A stretch of DNA of 64,000 bases from Candidatus Woesearchaeota archaeon (GCA_016181305.1 JACOZN010000012.1:965-64964); one strand, 5' to 3'. Positions 48,418 through 59,025 are shown, counted from the first letter of the stretch. Notes: a model not told the origin generated them from the letters alone. Program-made: numbers and translations.

Positions 48418-49818
48418 ATGCCGTTAAAACTTTACAATACCTTAACAAGAAAAAAGGAAGTGTTCAAGCCGATAAAAAATAAGGCTGTCCATCTCTATTC
48501 CTGCGGGCCAACGGTTTATGACTATGCCCACATCGGCAATTTCAGGGCTTATGTCTGCAGCGACATTCTTAAGCGCTATCTAAAATACAAGGGCTTCAAG
48601 GTAAAGCATGTGATGAATATAACAGATGTAGATGACAAGACAATAAAAGGCGCAAATCAGCAAGGAATTTCTTTGAAGGAGTATACAAAAAAATTTGAAG
48701 AAGCTTTCCTGAATGACATTGGGGCATTGAACATTGACAAAGCAGAAATTTTTCCAAAAGCGACCGAGCACATAAAAGATATGGTTGTAATAGTAAAAAA
48801 ATTATTAAAAAATAATGTTGCCTATAAAAGCGATGACGGCAGTATTTATTACGATATTTCAAAATTTAAAAATTATGGAAAACTGTCTCATGCAAAAATA
48901 AAGTCGCTGAAAGAAGGCGCAAGGGTAAGGCAGGATTCTTATGAAAAAGAGGAAGCTCACGATTTCGCATTGTGGAAGGCTTATGACAAGGAAGATGGAA
49001 ATATTTTCTGGAACACGGAGGTTGGCAAAGGGCGCCCGGGATGGCACATTGAATGCAGTGCAATGTCGATGAAGTATCTTGGCAGTCATTTTGATATCCA
49101 TGCAGGCGGGGTTGACTTGGTTTTCCCGCATCACGAAAATGAGATTGCCCAAAGCGAGGCTTTTACAGGAAAAAAATTCGTGAATTACTGGTTCCACAAC
49201 GAGCACCTGCTTGTTGGCGGACACAAGATGTCTAAGTCTTTGGGGAATTTCTACACTTTGAGGGACTTGCTGCAAAAAGGCTACAATCCAAAGGCAATAA
49301 GGTATCTTTTGCTTTCTGTCCATTACAGACAACAGCTCAATTTCACAGAAGAGGCTGTAAAAGCGGCGGAAAATTCCATTCGAAGATTGGAAGATTTTAT
49401 GATTAAATTAAAGGAGCTTAAAAGTGATATAAAAAATGAAAACATTGAAAAATTAATAAAAAAGACAAAAAAAGAATTTGAAAAAGAGATGGACGATGAC
49501 TTGAACATTTCAAATGCGCTGGCCCATGTTTTTGAATTTGTGAAAGAAATTAATACATTGATGATGGAAGGCAAAATAGGCAAGGGTGATGCAAAAAAAA
49601 TTATGAGTTTTGTGGGGGTTTTTGATAAAGTCCTTGGCGTTCTCGAAAAAAAAGAAGAAAAACTAAGCACTGAACTGAAAAAATTAATTGATGAGCGGGA
49701 GAAGGCAAGAAAGGAAAAAAATTATGAGAAAGCGGACAGAATAAGGCAGCAGTTAAGTGAAAAAGGGATAATTCTTGAGGATACAAGGGATGGTGTTAGG
49801 TGGAAGAAGGCAGGTTAA
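48418..49818 (+). CDS. cysS: Cysteinyl-tRNA synthetase
   Basis: CGPTVYDYAHIGN, GRPGWHIECSAMS, HHENEIAQ, KMSKS. Confidence 0.98.
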   Translation: MPLKLYNTLTRKKEVFKPIKNKAVHLYSCGPTVYDYAHIGNFRAYVCSDILKRYLKYKGFKVKHVMNITDVDDKTIKGANQQGISLKEYTKKFEEAFLNDIGALNIDKAEIFPKATEHIKDMVVIVKKLLKNNVAYKSDDGSIYYDISKFKNYGKLSHAKIKSLKEGARVRQDSYEKEEAHDFALWKAYDKEDGNIFWNTEVGKGRPGWHIECSAMSMKYLGSHFDIHAGGVDLVFPHHENEIAQSEAFTGKKFVNYWFHNEHLLVGGHKMSKSLGNFYTLRDLLQKGYNPKAIRYLLLSVHYRQQLNFTEEAVKAAENSIRRLEDFMIKLKELKSDIKNENIEKLIKKTKKEFEKEMDDDLNISNALAHVFEFVKEINTLMMEGKIGKGDAKKIMSFVGVFDKVLGVLEKKEEKLSTELKKLIDEREKARKEKNYEKADRIRQQLSEKGIILEDTRDGVRWKKAG

Positions 49819-49821
49819 ACC

Positions 49822-52245
49822 TCAAAAATCAACCATAATTTCAACATCCTTCTCAGGAGCTTTCCCTCTTGTCGGCTCGAAAATTATCTGCTCTGCCGCT
49901 GTCGCTGCCTTTATCTCTGCTTCAACCCCGTCAAAGTCAATCTCTTCTATCTTTGCCTTTATCGTAAGTTTTTTTATCGGGGTTTTCAGTGAAAGCTGCT
50001 TTTCTGATTTCTTTTTTCTCACAAACTCTATGACTTCGACAACAAAGTCCCCGATTCTTTCTGCATGTTCGTCAATAATATTAATGTCAGGCCATTTTGT
50101 AAGATGCACGCTCTTGGTTTTTTCATGCTTCTTGTAGTAAATCTGGTACAATTCTTCTGTTATGAACGGCATTATGGGCGCCATCAGTTTTATGATTGTC
50201 AATAAAGTGTTGTACAAGCCGTATTGCGCAGACAATCTTGCATCCGAGCCTCTTTTTTCTGCATTGTAAATCCTGTCTTTTATTATTTCAAGGTAATTGT
50301 CGCAAAATGTATGCCAGAAGAATGTTTCTGTTGCGAGCTTTGTATGGGAGTACTCGTAGTTCATGAAATTTTCAGTGCTTTCCTTCACAACTTTGCTGAG
50401 CTTTGACAGAATCCACCTGTCCATCATTTCTATTTTGCCCGGGCGTTCCCCTTTATAGTCAGAAAGGTGCATGAATGCAAACTTTGAGGCATTCCATATC
50501 TTTGTAGTGAACTTCTGCCCCGTCACCAAGTCTTTTTCCTGGAACGGCAGGTCGTCTCCCAAGCGCGAGCCTGCTGCCCAGAATCTCAGCGAGTCTGCGG
50601 AATATTTCTTTATCATCTCTCTCGGGTCGATGACATTGCCCTTGCTCTTGCTCATCTTCTTTCCTTTTGGGTCCAAAGCCCAGCCTGAAATCATCACATT
50701 ATGCCATGGAATGTTCTTGTGGTGAAAATAGCTTTTTACAACAGTGTTGAAGAGCCAGAAAGTGATTATGTCGTGAGCCTGCGGGCGCAAGCTCATTGGG
50801 TGCAATGATTTTTGCAGTTTTTTGTCTTCAAATAATTCAATTGCAATGTCCGGTGTCAATGAAGAAGTTGCCCATGTGTCCAGAACATCTTTTTCTCCTA
50901 TAAATTCATTGGAACCGCACTTGCACTTTTTCAAAGGCTTGTCAACTAAAGGGTCAACAGGCAATTGTTTTTCATCTGCCGCAATTATTGCATTGCACTT
51001 CTTGCAGTACCACACAGGAATCGGAATTCCAAAATGCCTCTGCCTTGAAATGTTCCAGTCCCACTTCAGGCCCTGAATCCAGTTCTCGTACCTTGCGCGC
51101 ATGTGCCCCGGATACCATTTTATTTTCCTGCCGTATTTTATGAAATCATCTTTCAGGTCAAGGTATTTTATAAACCATTGGTCCACTGCCACATATTCTA
51201 TATCCGTTTCGCATCTTTCATGGGTATTGACAACGTGTTTTATTTTTTCAAGCTTTGCTATCGCACCTTCTTTTTGCAGGTCTTCTATGACTTTCTTCCT
51301 TGCTTCCTCGCTTCTCATTCCCTTATACCGCCCGGATAGCTCATTGTATTTTCCATCGAGCCCCATCACCTCCACAGGCTTGATGCCAGGATGCCTCTGC
51401 AGCCATTCAATGCAGTCAAGGCTTCCATAAGTGCAGTAGTAAACAAGCCCTGAGCCGTATTCAATATCTGTAAATTCATCAGGGATGATTTCCACAAGCC
51501 TGCCTGTGATGGGCATTCTTGCCTTTTTCCCGCTTATATGCCTGTATCTTTTGTCATCAGGATGGAATGATATGCCGACGCATCCGTAAATAAGCTCGGG
51601 CCTTGTTGTTGCAAAGACTATTTTTTCGCTGCTGCCTTCAACTTCAACTTGAATATGGACAAGCTGCGATTCCCTTTCAGCGTCTTTAAGCTCCACCTGA
51701 GCTATCGCTGTAAGGCAGTTTGGGCAGAACATTATGGGGTATTTTTTTTTCTCCAGCCTTCCCATTTTATAAAGCTCTATAAAGCTTTTTTGTGATATTC
51801 TCTGTGAATGCTTGTTTATGGTTGAATAAAAGATATTGAAATCGGCACTGGTGCCCAGCCGCCTCCAATCATAAACAAAGTCACTTCTTAGTTCTTCAAC
51901 AGTTGTATAGCACAATTTAACAAATTCCTGCCTTGGCATGAATTGTCCCTTCACATTTTTCATCTTTTCAATCATTCTCTCTGTGGCTAGCCCGTTATCA
52001 TCAACTCCAAAAGGATAAAACACATTCTTGCCGATCATCCTCTGGAACCTTACAACAAAGTCCTGCTGCGAATATGAGAAAGAATGCCCGAGGTGCATCT
52101 TGCCGCTTACTGTAGGAGGCGGAGTGTCAACAGAATAAATCTCTGCCTTGCTTTCGGGGTTAAAAGCATACACTTTTTCTTTTTCCCAGAACTCAAGCCA
52201 TTTGGGCTCTGAAACCTTGGCGTCATAATTCTTTGGAAGTTCCAT
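49822..52245 (-). CDS. valS: Valyl-tRNA synthetase (archaeal type)
   Basis: DTPPPTVSGKMHLGH, ATTRPE, WDWNISRQR, RPQAHDII, KMSKSKGN. Confidence 0.97.
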   Translation of the reverse strand: MELPKNYDAKVSEPKWLEFWEKEKVYAFNPESKAEIYSVDTPPPTVSGKMHLGHSFSYSQQDFVVRFQRMIGKNVFYPFGVDDNGLATERMIEKMKNVKGQFMPRQEFVKLCYTTVEELRSDFVYDWRRLGTSADFNIFYSTINKHSQRISQKSFIELYKMGRLEKKKYPIMFCPNCLTAIAQVELKDAERESQLVHIQVEVEGSSEKIVFATTRPELIYGCVGISFHPDDKRYRHISGKKARMPITGRLVEIIPDEFTDIEYGSGLVYYCTYGSLDCIEWLQRHPGIKPVEVMGLDGKYNELSGRYKGMRSEEARKKVIEDLQKEGAIAKLEKIKHVVNTHERCETDIEYVAVDQWFIKYLDLKDDFIKYGRKIKWYPGHMRARYENWIQGLKWDWNISRQRHFGIPIPVWYCKKCNAIIAADEKQLPVDPLVDKPLKKCKCGSNEFIGEKDVLDTWATSSLTPDIAIELFEDKKLQKSLHPMSLRPQAHDIITFWLFNTVVKSYFHHKNIPWHNVMISGWALDPKGKKMSKSKGNVIDPREMIKKYSADSLRFWAAGSRLGDDLPFQEKDLVTGQKFTTKIWNASKFAFMHLSDYKGERPGKIEMMDRWILSKLSKVVKESTENFMNYEYSHTKLATETFFWHTFCDNYLEIIKDRIYNAEKRGSDARLSAQYGLYNTLLTIIKLMAPIMPFITEELYQIYYKKHEKTKSVHLTKWPDINIIDEHAERIGDFVVEVIEFVRKKKSEKQLSLKTPIKKLTIKAKIEEIDFDGVEAEIKAATAAEQIIFEPTRGKAPEKDVEIMVDF

Positions 52246-52283
52246 TTCAAGTAGTAGTTTTTATTTGGTATTTAAAAGTTTAA

Positions 52284-52505
52284 TTATTCAAGAAACATCT
52301 TTTTGCCTAAACTGCAGAGGAGCGCGCTTAACTTCTGCCTTGCTTTTTCATAATTTCCCTGTTTTATGTCAGAATAAACATCAATATTTATGCTCCCGGG
52401 GACAGTGCTTGCGCTGAATTTGCCGTCATCCCTGATGTCAAGCATCAATAAGCCGTATTTCCCGCTTTTGGCAAGTTCTTCCGCAGTTATAAACTTCATT
52501 TTCAC
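52284..52505 (-). pseudogene. Rhodanese-like domain, apparently C-terminally truncated
   Basis: LDIRDD..F....VPGSINI N-terminal half present; active-site loop absent. Confidence 0.5.
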
Positions 52506-53713
52506 TTAGCCTGTTTCAGCCACCCAACCTCTTCGTCATTTAAATCAAGCTGGCTTATAATATTGCCCCTCATCTCCTTATTTTTGAACATTATCGGGAG
52601 ATAAGGCATTGTGCTTTTCAGGATGTCTTTTTGCGAGGCATGGGTTTTCTCGGCTATTTTGCCTGCAATCGCCTTTTTCTTCAATGACTTCTGCTTTGCC
52701 CACCATAATTTCAGGATCCTCCCGGTCGGCTTGTACTCAACAAGGTTCTTGTGCTTCTCCTTTTTTGCAGAGGCTATTCCAGCCGTAATCAGTGCATTTA
52801 TGTAAATCAAAAACCTATAATGCTGCCATCTCCTTATCCTCCTGTTGAAGACATCGGCTTTGCTCAGCATGTCATATGCCTTTGCAAGCTCTTCGGGCTT
52901 TGTGTACTCTTTCGGAAGGTTCTCGTCAATCCACAACAGTTGCTCGTTCAAGTCCTCTTCAACGCTGTCAAATGCGGAAATTGCGATCTTCAGGTCTGTT
53001 GTCTTGAACACCTTGTTCAATGCCGTCATTATGCTGTCAGTCTTGTTCCTGTCAGCAAGCTCTTCAAGGCTCTCTTTTGTCAGCTCTTTTTTAGCTTGGG
53101 TTAATGTTTGCAAATCATTTATGGCTGCTCTTGCATCGCCCCCTCCCCTTCTTGAAAGCGCTTTTAGGACATCTTCATCATACTTTATTTTTTCATTATC
53201 GCAGATGCTCTTTAATATTTGGAAAATTGACAGGTAACCAAGCTGCTTAAACTCGATTAAATTTGACTTGCCTCTCAAGGAGCTGAATTTGTTGTCAAAT
53301 GGGTTTGTGGCTGTCAAAATTATTGGGAATGCGGAATCTTCAATTAATTTTGTTATGGCCTGTATGCCGCCCCGGTCCTCGTGCCCTGACAAGCCGTCAA
53401 TCTCGTCAACAAGAATTATCTTGCCCTTTGCAAAAAGGCTTTGCTGCTTTATGGCATTGCCGACCTTTTGGTTGATTTGCTCTGCATTCCTGAAATCAGA
53501 TGCATTGACTTCTATAACCTCAAAGCCAATCTCATTTGCAATTGCATAAACCGAGCCTGTCTTTCCAGTTCCGCTTGGCCCGTAGATTAATGCAGAATTC
53601 TTTTTCTCATTCCTGAAATTGAGTATAAACTTCTTTAACTGCTTAACAACATCATCCTGCCCGATTATGTCTTTTTCAGTTTTCGGGATGTATTTGCGGA
53701 TTAAAGGCTGCAT
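52502..53713 (-). CDS. rfcL: Replication factor C large subunit
   Basis: KYIPK, GPSGTGKT, EVNASDFR, DEIDG, DARAAINDLQ, WIDEN. Confidence 0.95.
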   Translation of the reverse strand: MQPLIRKYIPKTEKDIIGQDDVVKQLKKFILNFRNEKKNSALIYGPSGTGKTGSVYAIANEIGFEVIEVNASDFRNAEQINQKVGNAIKQQSLFAKGKIILVDEIDGLSGHEDRGGIQAITKLIEDSAFPIILTATNPFDNKFSSLRGKSNLIEFKQLGYLSIFQILKSICDNEKIKYDEDVLKALSRRGGGDARAAINDLQTLTQAKKELTKESLEELADRNKTDSIMTALNKVFKTTDLKIAISAFDSVEEDLNEQLLWIDENLPKEYTKPEELAKAYDMLSKADVFNRRIRRWQHYRFLIYINALITAGIASAKKEKHKNLVEYKPTGRILKLWWAKQKSLKKKAIAGKIAEKTHASQKDILKSTMPYLPIMFKNKEMRGNIISQLDLNDEEVGWLKQAK

Positions 53714-53752
53714 AGCAGCTAGTGTTATTTTTGGTTTTATTAAGGTATTGGT

Positions 53753-54589
53753 TTATCTATTCTGATAATCTCCAAATCTAGCTCTTGTCTCTTTAACATA
53801 ATTGTAGGTTTCATTCACTATAAAGCTTATTGCTTCAGTCGCCTGCTTTTCATTCAAGTCTTTTGTCATAACGCAGTAGAATACCCTGCTTTCGTCAATG
53901 TAAATTATGCCGCAGTCATGAAAATACCTGTAACCGACATAATATGTCTCGCCGAACTTATGGGCTATAGCAATATCGCTGGGTATGTTAGCGGCTTTTT
54001 TAACATCAAAGGCTGAATCAGAAAGGAATGACAGCAGGCGCTCTGAATTCTCGGGCTCAAGAACCGTGGAAAAATACAGGCTGGAGAATAAGGTAGACAT
54101 TGCCTTCGGGCTTAATAAATTTGGGCGCTCTGCTGTTTCGCCTTCCTCAAAGTCTGCATTAACATCAATGCCGTAATAGTCCAGAACCAGCTGAAAATCC
54201 CCAGTATCGATTTGATGGAGCAATACCCTATAAGCCGTATTGTCTGACTCTTTCAGCATTTTTTCAAGCAAAACTCCGACAGGCAGCTGCTTTTCCTTGG
54301 TTTTGTAAAGCTCTCCAAAGCTGCTTGTCCTGTCCGAATCATCAATCTTAAGCAGGGTATCAAAGCTCAGCTCGCCGCTTTCAATCTTTTTTGTTATCAG
54401 GATTGCAACAGGCAGCTTAATCAGGCTTGCCGGGAAGAATCCTGTCCTTTCATTTATTCCCATGTATGCGCCGTTGCGGAAGTTCTCAACATATACTGAT
54501 ACGTTAAGGTTATTTTTTTTGATATAATCATTGATTTCTTCTTTCAATGGCGCAAAGCTCACTATCAGAAAACTCTTTGGCTCAAGCAA
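53753..54589 (-). CDS. Class A beta-lactamase-like serine hydrolase (start uncertain; frame open to 54664)
   Basis: FFPASLIK (SxxK), ESDN (SDN), AHKFG (KTG-like), HDCGII. Confidence 0.85.
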   Translation of the reverse strand: MLEPKSFLIVSFAPLKEEINDYIKKNNLNVSVYVENFRNGAYMGINERTGFFPASLIKLPVAILITKKIESGELSFDTLLKIDDSDRTSSFGELYKTKEKQLPVGVLLEKMLKESDNTAYRVLLHQIDTGDFQLVLDYYGIDVNADFEEGETAERPNLLSPKAMSTLFSSLYFSTVLEPENSERLLSFLSDSAFDVKKAANIPSDIAIAHKFGETYYVGYRYFHDCGIIYIDESRVFYCVMTKDLNEKQATEAISFIVNETYNYVKETRARFGDYQNR

Positions 54590-54741
54590 TCCTGCATATA
54601 TTCTAGTCGATAAAAGCCCTTGGCTTCCGGCTTTTTCCAGCTTTATTATATTTTTCTGAGCTATTTAAAACAGAATTATGTCATCACTTTAAAATAAACA
54701 CAATCAAAACCTTTAAATAATGCATTGGTGAATTTATAATT

Positions 54742-56208
54742 ATGGGGGCAAATAACACAAGGCTTTTTGTATTATTGCTGACAGTTGCAGCAGCATTGGG
54801 CATAGGCAACATGTGGATTTACCCTTATCATTCCTTTAATTACACGGGATTGTTTTTCATCCCATACATCATTGCATTGATTGTTTTGGGAATGCCTTTG
54901 CTTATGCTTGAGCTTTCTATGGGGCAGTATTTCAACAAGAACATAGTTGACTTGTTTGCTTCGGTAAGAAAATGGTTCAGCAGCATCGGCTGGCTCATGC
55001 TGTTTAATGCTTTCATTGCAATGAGCTTCTCTGCAGTCATACTTTCATGGCACATCATTTATCTTTTTGTGTCTTTTGGCTTGCAGTGGAAAAATGGCGC
55101 TTCAAAATACTTTTTCAGCAATGTAATTCAGGCTTCTGACGGGTTTCATGGATTTGCAAGTTTTTCTTTGCCTGTGTTCATAGCTTTGATTATGGCTTGG
55201 CTTATAATATTTTTTTATATTAGGAAAGGCTTTGCAACCATAAAAAAGGCTTTTCTAGCCACATTTCCGGTTTTTGCCTTTTTGATGCTGCTGTTTTTTG
55301 TTTATTCTCTAAGTTTGGACAATGCTCTTCATGGTGTTTATTCATTTTTGAAGCCTAATCTAAAGGGCTTGCTTAAAGGAGAGGTTTGGCTTGCGTCTTT
55401 TGCACTTGCGCTGACTTCGCTTGGGCTTTCGTTTGGCATTTTTCATGCCTTAGGAAGCAAGAGTGAAAAGGGCTTTTTGGCTGGGTATTCTTTAATAGCT
55501 ATTGCTTCCAAGCTTCTTGTCAGCATTGCTATTGGATTTATTATGTTTTCAATTCTTGGTTTTTTAAGCATGAAGCAGTCAGTTGAATTGAGCCAGATTG
55601 TGTTTGCGGATTTCAGCTCTTTTTTTACAATATTGGCTCAGGCACTGCCTTTCTTTTACAAGCCAACCTTGCTTAGCTTCTTGTTTTTTGCGTTTTTTTC
55701 AGTGTTTTTTATATTTGGCGCTGCATCGCTTGGCTATGCAATCTCTCATGTGCTTGTGCACAAGTTTAACACAAAGCAGGTGAATGCTGCAATCCTTGTT
55801 TCTGGATTCGGCTTTTTGCTTGGCTTGATTTTTGTGATAAAGCCAGGCATTTACATTATGGAATTAGTAACGCATTTTTTCTATTATAATGTGCTGATTG
55901 CCATTCTGCTTGAAGTTGTCGCAATCGGCTGGTTTTTTAACATTGACAAGCTGTCGCAGCACATAAACCAGCATTCAATCCTGAAGATTGGCGGGCTGTG
56001 CAAGCTCATTGCAAGGTATATTGCGCCTTTGACCATAATTTTGCTTCTTTTTCTCCAGATAAGGGCTGATTTACTTGTGAATTACGGCTTTTTTGTCAAT
56101 TACAGCAAATACCAGTTGTGGGCTTTGCTTGCTTTCGGTATTGGAACTGTTGCAGCTCCTTTGGTTGCTGCATTTTTAATGCCGCAGAGGCTGCTGGATA
56201 GGGGATAG
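54742..56208 (+). CDS. Sodium-dependent transporter, NSS/SNF family (divergent)
   Basis: AALGIGNMWIYPY, FFIPYII...GMPLLMLELSMGQ; ~12 TM. Confidence 0.88.
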   Translation: MGANNTRLFVLLLTVAAALGIGNMWIYPYHSFNYTGLFFIPYIIALIVLGMPLLMLELSMGQYFNKNIVDLFASVRKWFSSIGWLMLFNAFIAMSFSAVILSWHIIYLFVSFGLQWKNGASKYFFSNVIQASDGFHGFASFSLPVFIALIMAWLIIFFYIRKGFATIKKAFLATFPVFAFLMLLFFVYSLSLDNALHGVYSFLKPNLKGLLKGEVWLASFALALTSLGLSFGIFHALGSKSEKGFLAGYSLIAIASKLLVSIAIGFIMFSILGFLSMKQSVELSQIVFADFSSFFTILAQALPFFYKPTLLSFLFFAFFSVFFIFGAASLGYAISHVLVHKFNTKQVNAAILVSGFGFLLGLIFVIKPGIYIMELVTHFFYYNVLIAILLEVVAIGWFFNIDKLSQHINQHSILKIGGLCKLIARYIAPLTIILLLFLQIRADLLVNYGFFVNYSKYQLWALLAFGIGTVAAPLVAAFLMPQRLLDRG

Positions 56209-56251
56209 TAACCATAACCTTTTTATTCTAAGTTTTTTAACTCAGTCTAAA

Positions 56252-57169
56252 ATGGACTTCCTCTCAATAGTTTTGATAATCTTGGGATTGAGCCTTTTTG
56301 AGATAATAATAAGCATAGACAATGCAGTCATAAATGCCGATGTCCTGGGCACAATGTCCAAGAGAAGCAGGAGATGGTTTTTAATCTGGGGCATTATAAT
56401 AGCGGTTTTTCTTGTTAGGGGACTGTTGCCGTGGCTTATAATATGGATGAGCAATCCAAGCCTTGGCGCAATTGGCGCCTTGACTGCCTCTTTCAGCTCT
56501 GACCCAAGGGTTGCTGAAACTATAAAAGAGTCAGCTCCCATATTGCTTGCCGGCGGAGGCACTTTCCTTGTGTTTTTGTTCTTCCACTGGATATTCCTTG
56601 AGCCAAAGCACTATGGATTAGTTGGAGAAGAGTTTATACACCGGCAGGGGGTTTGGTTTTTTGCAGTTGTTTCTGTTTTGCTTTCATTCATTGTCTGGCA
56701 GGCTATAAAAATCAATCCACTGATGGCTTTCGGCGCTGTGATTGGCTCGACTGCGTTCTTCATAACGCATGGATTCAAGGAGAATGCCGAGAAGATGGAG
56801 AGGGAGATGATTGAAGGCGCCAAGATGACTGATTTGGCGAAGATATTTTACCTTGAGGTTATTGACGCAACCTTCTCAATTGACGGTATTTTGGGTGCTT
56901 TTGCCTTCACATTCTCCATACCTTTGATTTTGATAGGCAATGGGATTGGCGCTTTGGTTGTAAGGCAGCTTACAATAAGCAACATAGAGAATGTCAAGAA
57001 GTACAAATATTTGAAGAACGGCGCAATGTACTCAATATTCGCGCTTGGTGTTGTAATGCTTGCAGACAGCTTTGGAATGCACATTCCCCAATGGGTTTCG
57101 CCGGTAGTGACTTTTGCCATAATCGGGTTTTTCTTCTGGAAGTCTTATAAAGAGGCTAAAAAAGGATAA
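56252..57169 (+). CDS. DUF475 / TerC-like membrane protein
   Basis: SIDNAVINA, YLEVIDATFSIDGILGAFA, YLKNGAMYSI. Confidence 0.85.
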   Translation: MDFLSIVLIILGLSLFEIIISIDNAVINADVLGTMSKRSRRWFLIWGIIIAVFLVRGLLPWLIIWMSNPSLGAIGALTASFSSDPRVAETIKESAPILLAGGGTFLVFLFFHWIFLEPKHYGLVGEEFIHRQGVWFFAVVSVLLSFIVWQAIKINPLMAFGAVIGSTAFFITHGFKENAEKMEREMIEGAKMTDLAKIFYLEVIDATFSIDGILGAFAFTFSIPLILIGNGIGALVVRQLTISNIENVKKYKYLKNGAMYSIFALGVVMLADSFGMHIPQWVSPVVTFAIIGFFFWKSYKEAKKG

Positions 57170-57202
57170 ATTAAAAAACACTATAAGGAATTTTAATAGA
57201 AA

Positions 57203-58741
57203 ATGGAAAAGCCCAAACTAACCATTGATGAAATGGCAGCCTTCTGCAAGAGGAAGGGCTTTGTGTACCCAAGTGCCGAGATATACGGCGGAATAGCGGG
57301 CTTCTATGACTTTGGGCATCTTGGGATTGAATTAAAGAACAACATCAAGCAGGAATGGTGGAAAACCTTTGTGCAGCGGCGTGACGACATTGTGGGCATA
57401 GACGGCAGCATTGTGACTCATCCAATGGTCTGGAAAGCATCCGGGCATATTGACGGCTTCACAGATATTCTTGTTGACTGCAAAAAATGCGGAATGAGGT
57501 ACAGGGCAGACACTCTTATAGAGGACAAGCTGAAGATTGCAGCAGACGGCATGCAAATCCAGGAAATAAGCAAAAGGATAAAAGAAAGCAGAATAAGATG
57601 CCAGAAGTGCGGAAGCGAATTAGGCGAGCCGAAAAGATTTAATTTGATGTTCACAACAAATGTGGGGCCTGTGCAGAGTTCAAGCTCTGCCGCTTTCCTG
57701 CGCCCTGAGACAGCCCAGCTTATTTTTGCCAACTTCAGGTTAGTTCAGGAAAATGCAAGATTGAAATTGCCGTTCGGAATTGCGCAGACGGGCAAGGCTT
57801 TCAGGAACGAAATATCACCAAGAGACTTTCTTTTCAGGATGAGGGAGTTCGAGCAGATGGAGATGGAATACTTCGTGCATCCTGAAAAATATGATGAATG
57901 CAATTTCATTGACGATGTGATTGAATATGAATTGAATGTCCTGTCAGCAGAGATGCAGAAAAAAAGCCAGAATATGCAAAAAATGGCTATAAAAGAGTGC
58001 TTGAGCAGAAAAATCATAAAGACAAAGTGGCATGCCTACTGGCTTGCCCTGATGCACAAGTGGTTTGTTGACCTGGGCGCGGATTCAAGCCATTTCAGGG
58101 TAAGGCAGCATGTAAAGGATGAATTGTCGCATTATGCCCTGGACACATGGGACTTGGAGTATGAGTTTCCATTCGGGTGGAAGGAATTGCAGGGGCTTTC
58201 CAACAGGACAGACTTTGACCTGAAGCAGCACATCCAGCATTCAAAAACTGACCTGAGCATTTTTGATGAGGAAACAAAGAAAAAGATAATTCCCCATGTC
58301 ATCTGCGAGCCTTCACAGGGAGTTGAAAGGGCATTCCTTGTTTTCATGTTTGACGCTTACCACTATGATAAGTCAAGGGATAATGTAGTGCTGAAACTGC
58401 ATCCAAAGCTGTGCCCTGTAAAGTTTGGAGTTTTTCCATTGGTTTCCAACAAGGCCGATATTGTTAAGAAAGCAAGGGACATTTATGACGAACTGAAGCA
58501 GGAGTGGGCTTGCATTTTTGACTTGGGAGGAAGCATTGGAAGAAGGTATGCAAGAGCCGATGAAGCAGGAGTTTATGCCTGTGTTACAATTGACCATGAA
58601 AGCCTTGAGGACGAAATGGCTACAGTAAGAAGCAGGGACACGACAGAGCAGGTAAGGGTCAAGATTTCTGAAGTGAAAGATATTTTAAAGAAATTTATGG
58701 AAGGGGAGAAATTAAGTAAATTAGGGAAGAGTGTGGAGTAA
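57203..58741 (+). CDS. glyS: Glycyl-tRNA synthetase (homodimeric type)
   Basis: EIYGG..GFYDFG, LRPETAQ, FRNEISPR, REFEQME, GSIGRRYARADE. Confidence 0.97.
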   Translation: MEKPKLTIDEMAAFCKRKGFVYPSAEIYGGIAGFYDFGHLGIELKNNIKQEWWKTFVQRRDDIVGIDGSIVTHPMVWKASGHIDGFTDILVDCKKCGMRYRADTLIEDKLKIAADGMQIQEISKRIKESRIRCQKCGSELGEPKRFNLMFTTNVGPVQSSSSAAFLRPETAQLIFANFRLVQENARLKLPFGIAQTGKAFRNEISPRDFLFRMREFEQMEMEYFVHPEKYDECNFIDDVIEYELNVLSAEMQKKSQNMQKMAIKECLSRKIIKTKWHAYWLALMHKWFVDLGADSSHFRVRQHVKDELSHYALDTWDLEYEFPFGWKELQGLSNRTDFDLKQHIQHSKTDLSIFDEETKKKIIPHVICEPSQGVERAFLVFMFDAYHYDKSRDNVVLKLHPKLCPVKFGVFPLVSNKADIVKKARDIYDELKQEWACIFDLGGSIGRRYARADEAGVYACVTIDHESLEDEMATVRSRDTTEQVRVKISEVKDILKKFMEGEKLSKLGKSVE

Positions 58742-58906
58742 TTGGTGAAACGGCTCGGGCTCTGGTAATAATAAACATATCTGAAAAGGTCACTTACCAC
58801 TGGACATCCTTGCCCAAACTATTTAAACCCCAAAATTATGCTAATTTTTATATAATCTTTATAATCTAAAACCAAAATCTTTAAATATAACTACTCCCTC
58901 AAAAAT

Positions 58907-58954
58907 ACACTACATATAGTGTATAGACGACACCCAATATACTACCTATTGTGT
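58907..58954 (+). promoter_or_regulatory. Tandem NrdR boxes downstream of the nrdJ TATA box
   Basis: ACACTACATATAGTGT (58907-58922) and ATACTACCTATTGTGT (58939-58954), 32 bp apart; match acaCwAtATaTwGtgt. Confidence 0.8.
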
Positions 58955-59025
58955 TTTCGGCAAAGTGGTAAAAATAGGGAAAAAAGCAGAATCAGCGTCT
59001 AAAAACATAAAAAAGAGGTTAGAAA

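Noticed and set aside
52246..52283. Val-rich leader upstream of valS
   Set aside because: The spacer is only 38 nt with a TATA box and no uORF, so the leader pattern is not universal to the synthetases here.
57170..57202. Gly-rich leader upstream of glyS
   Set aside because: The 33-nt spacer contains no uORF.
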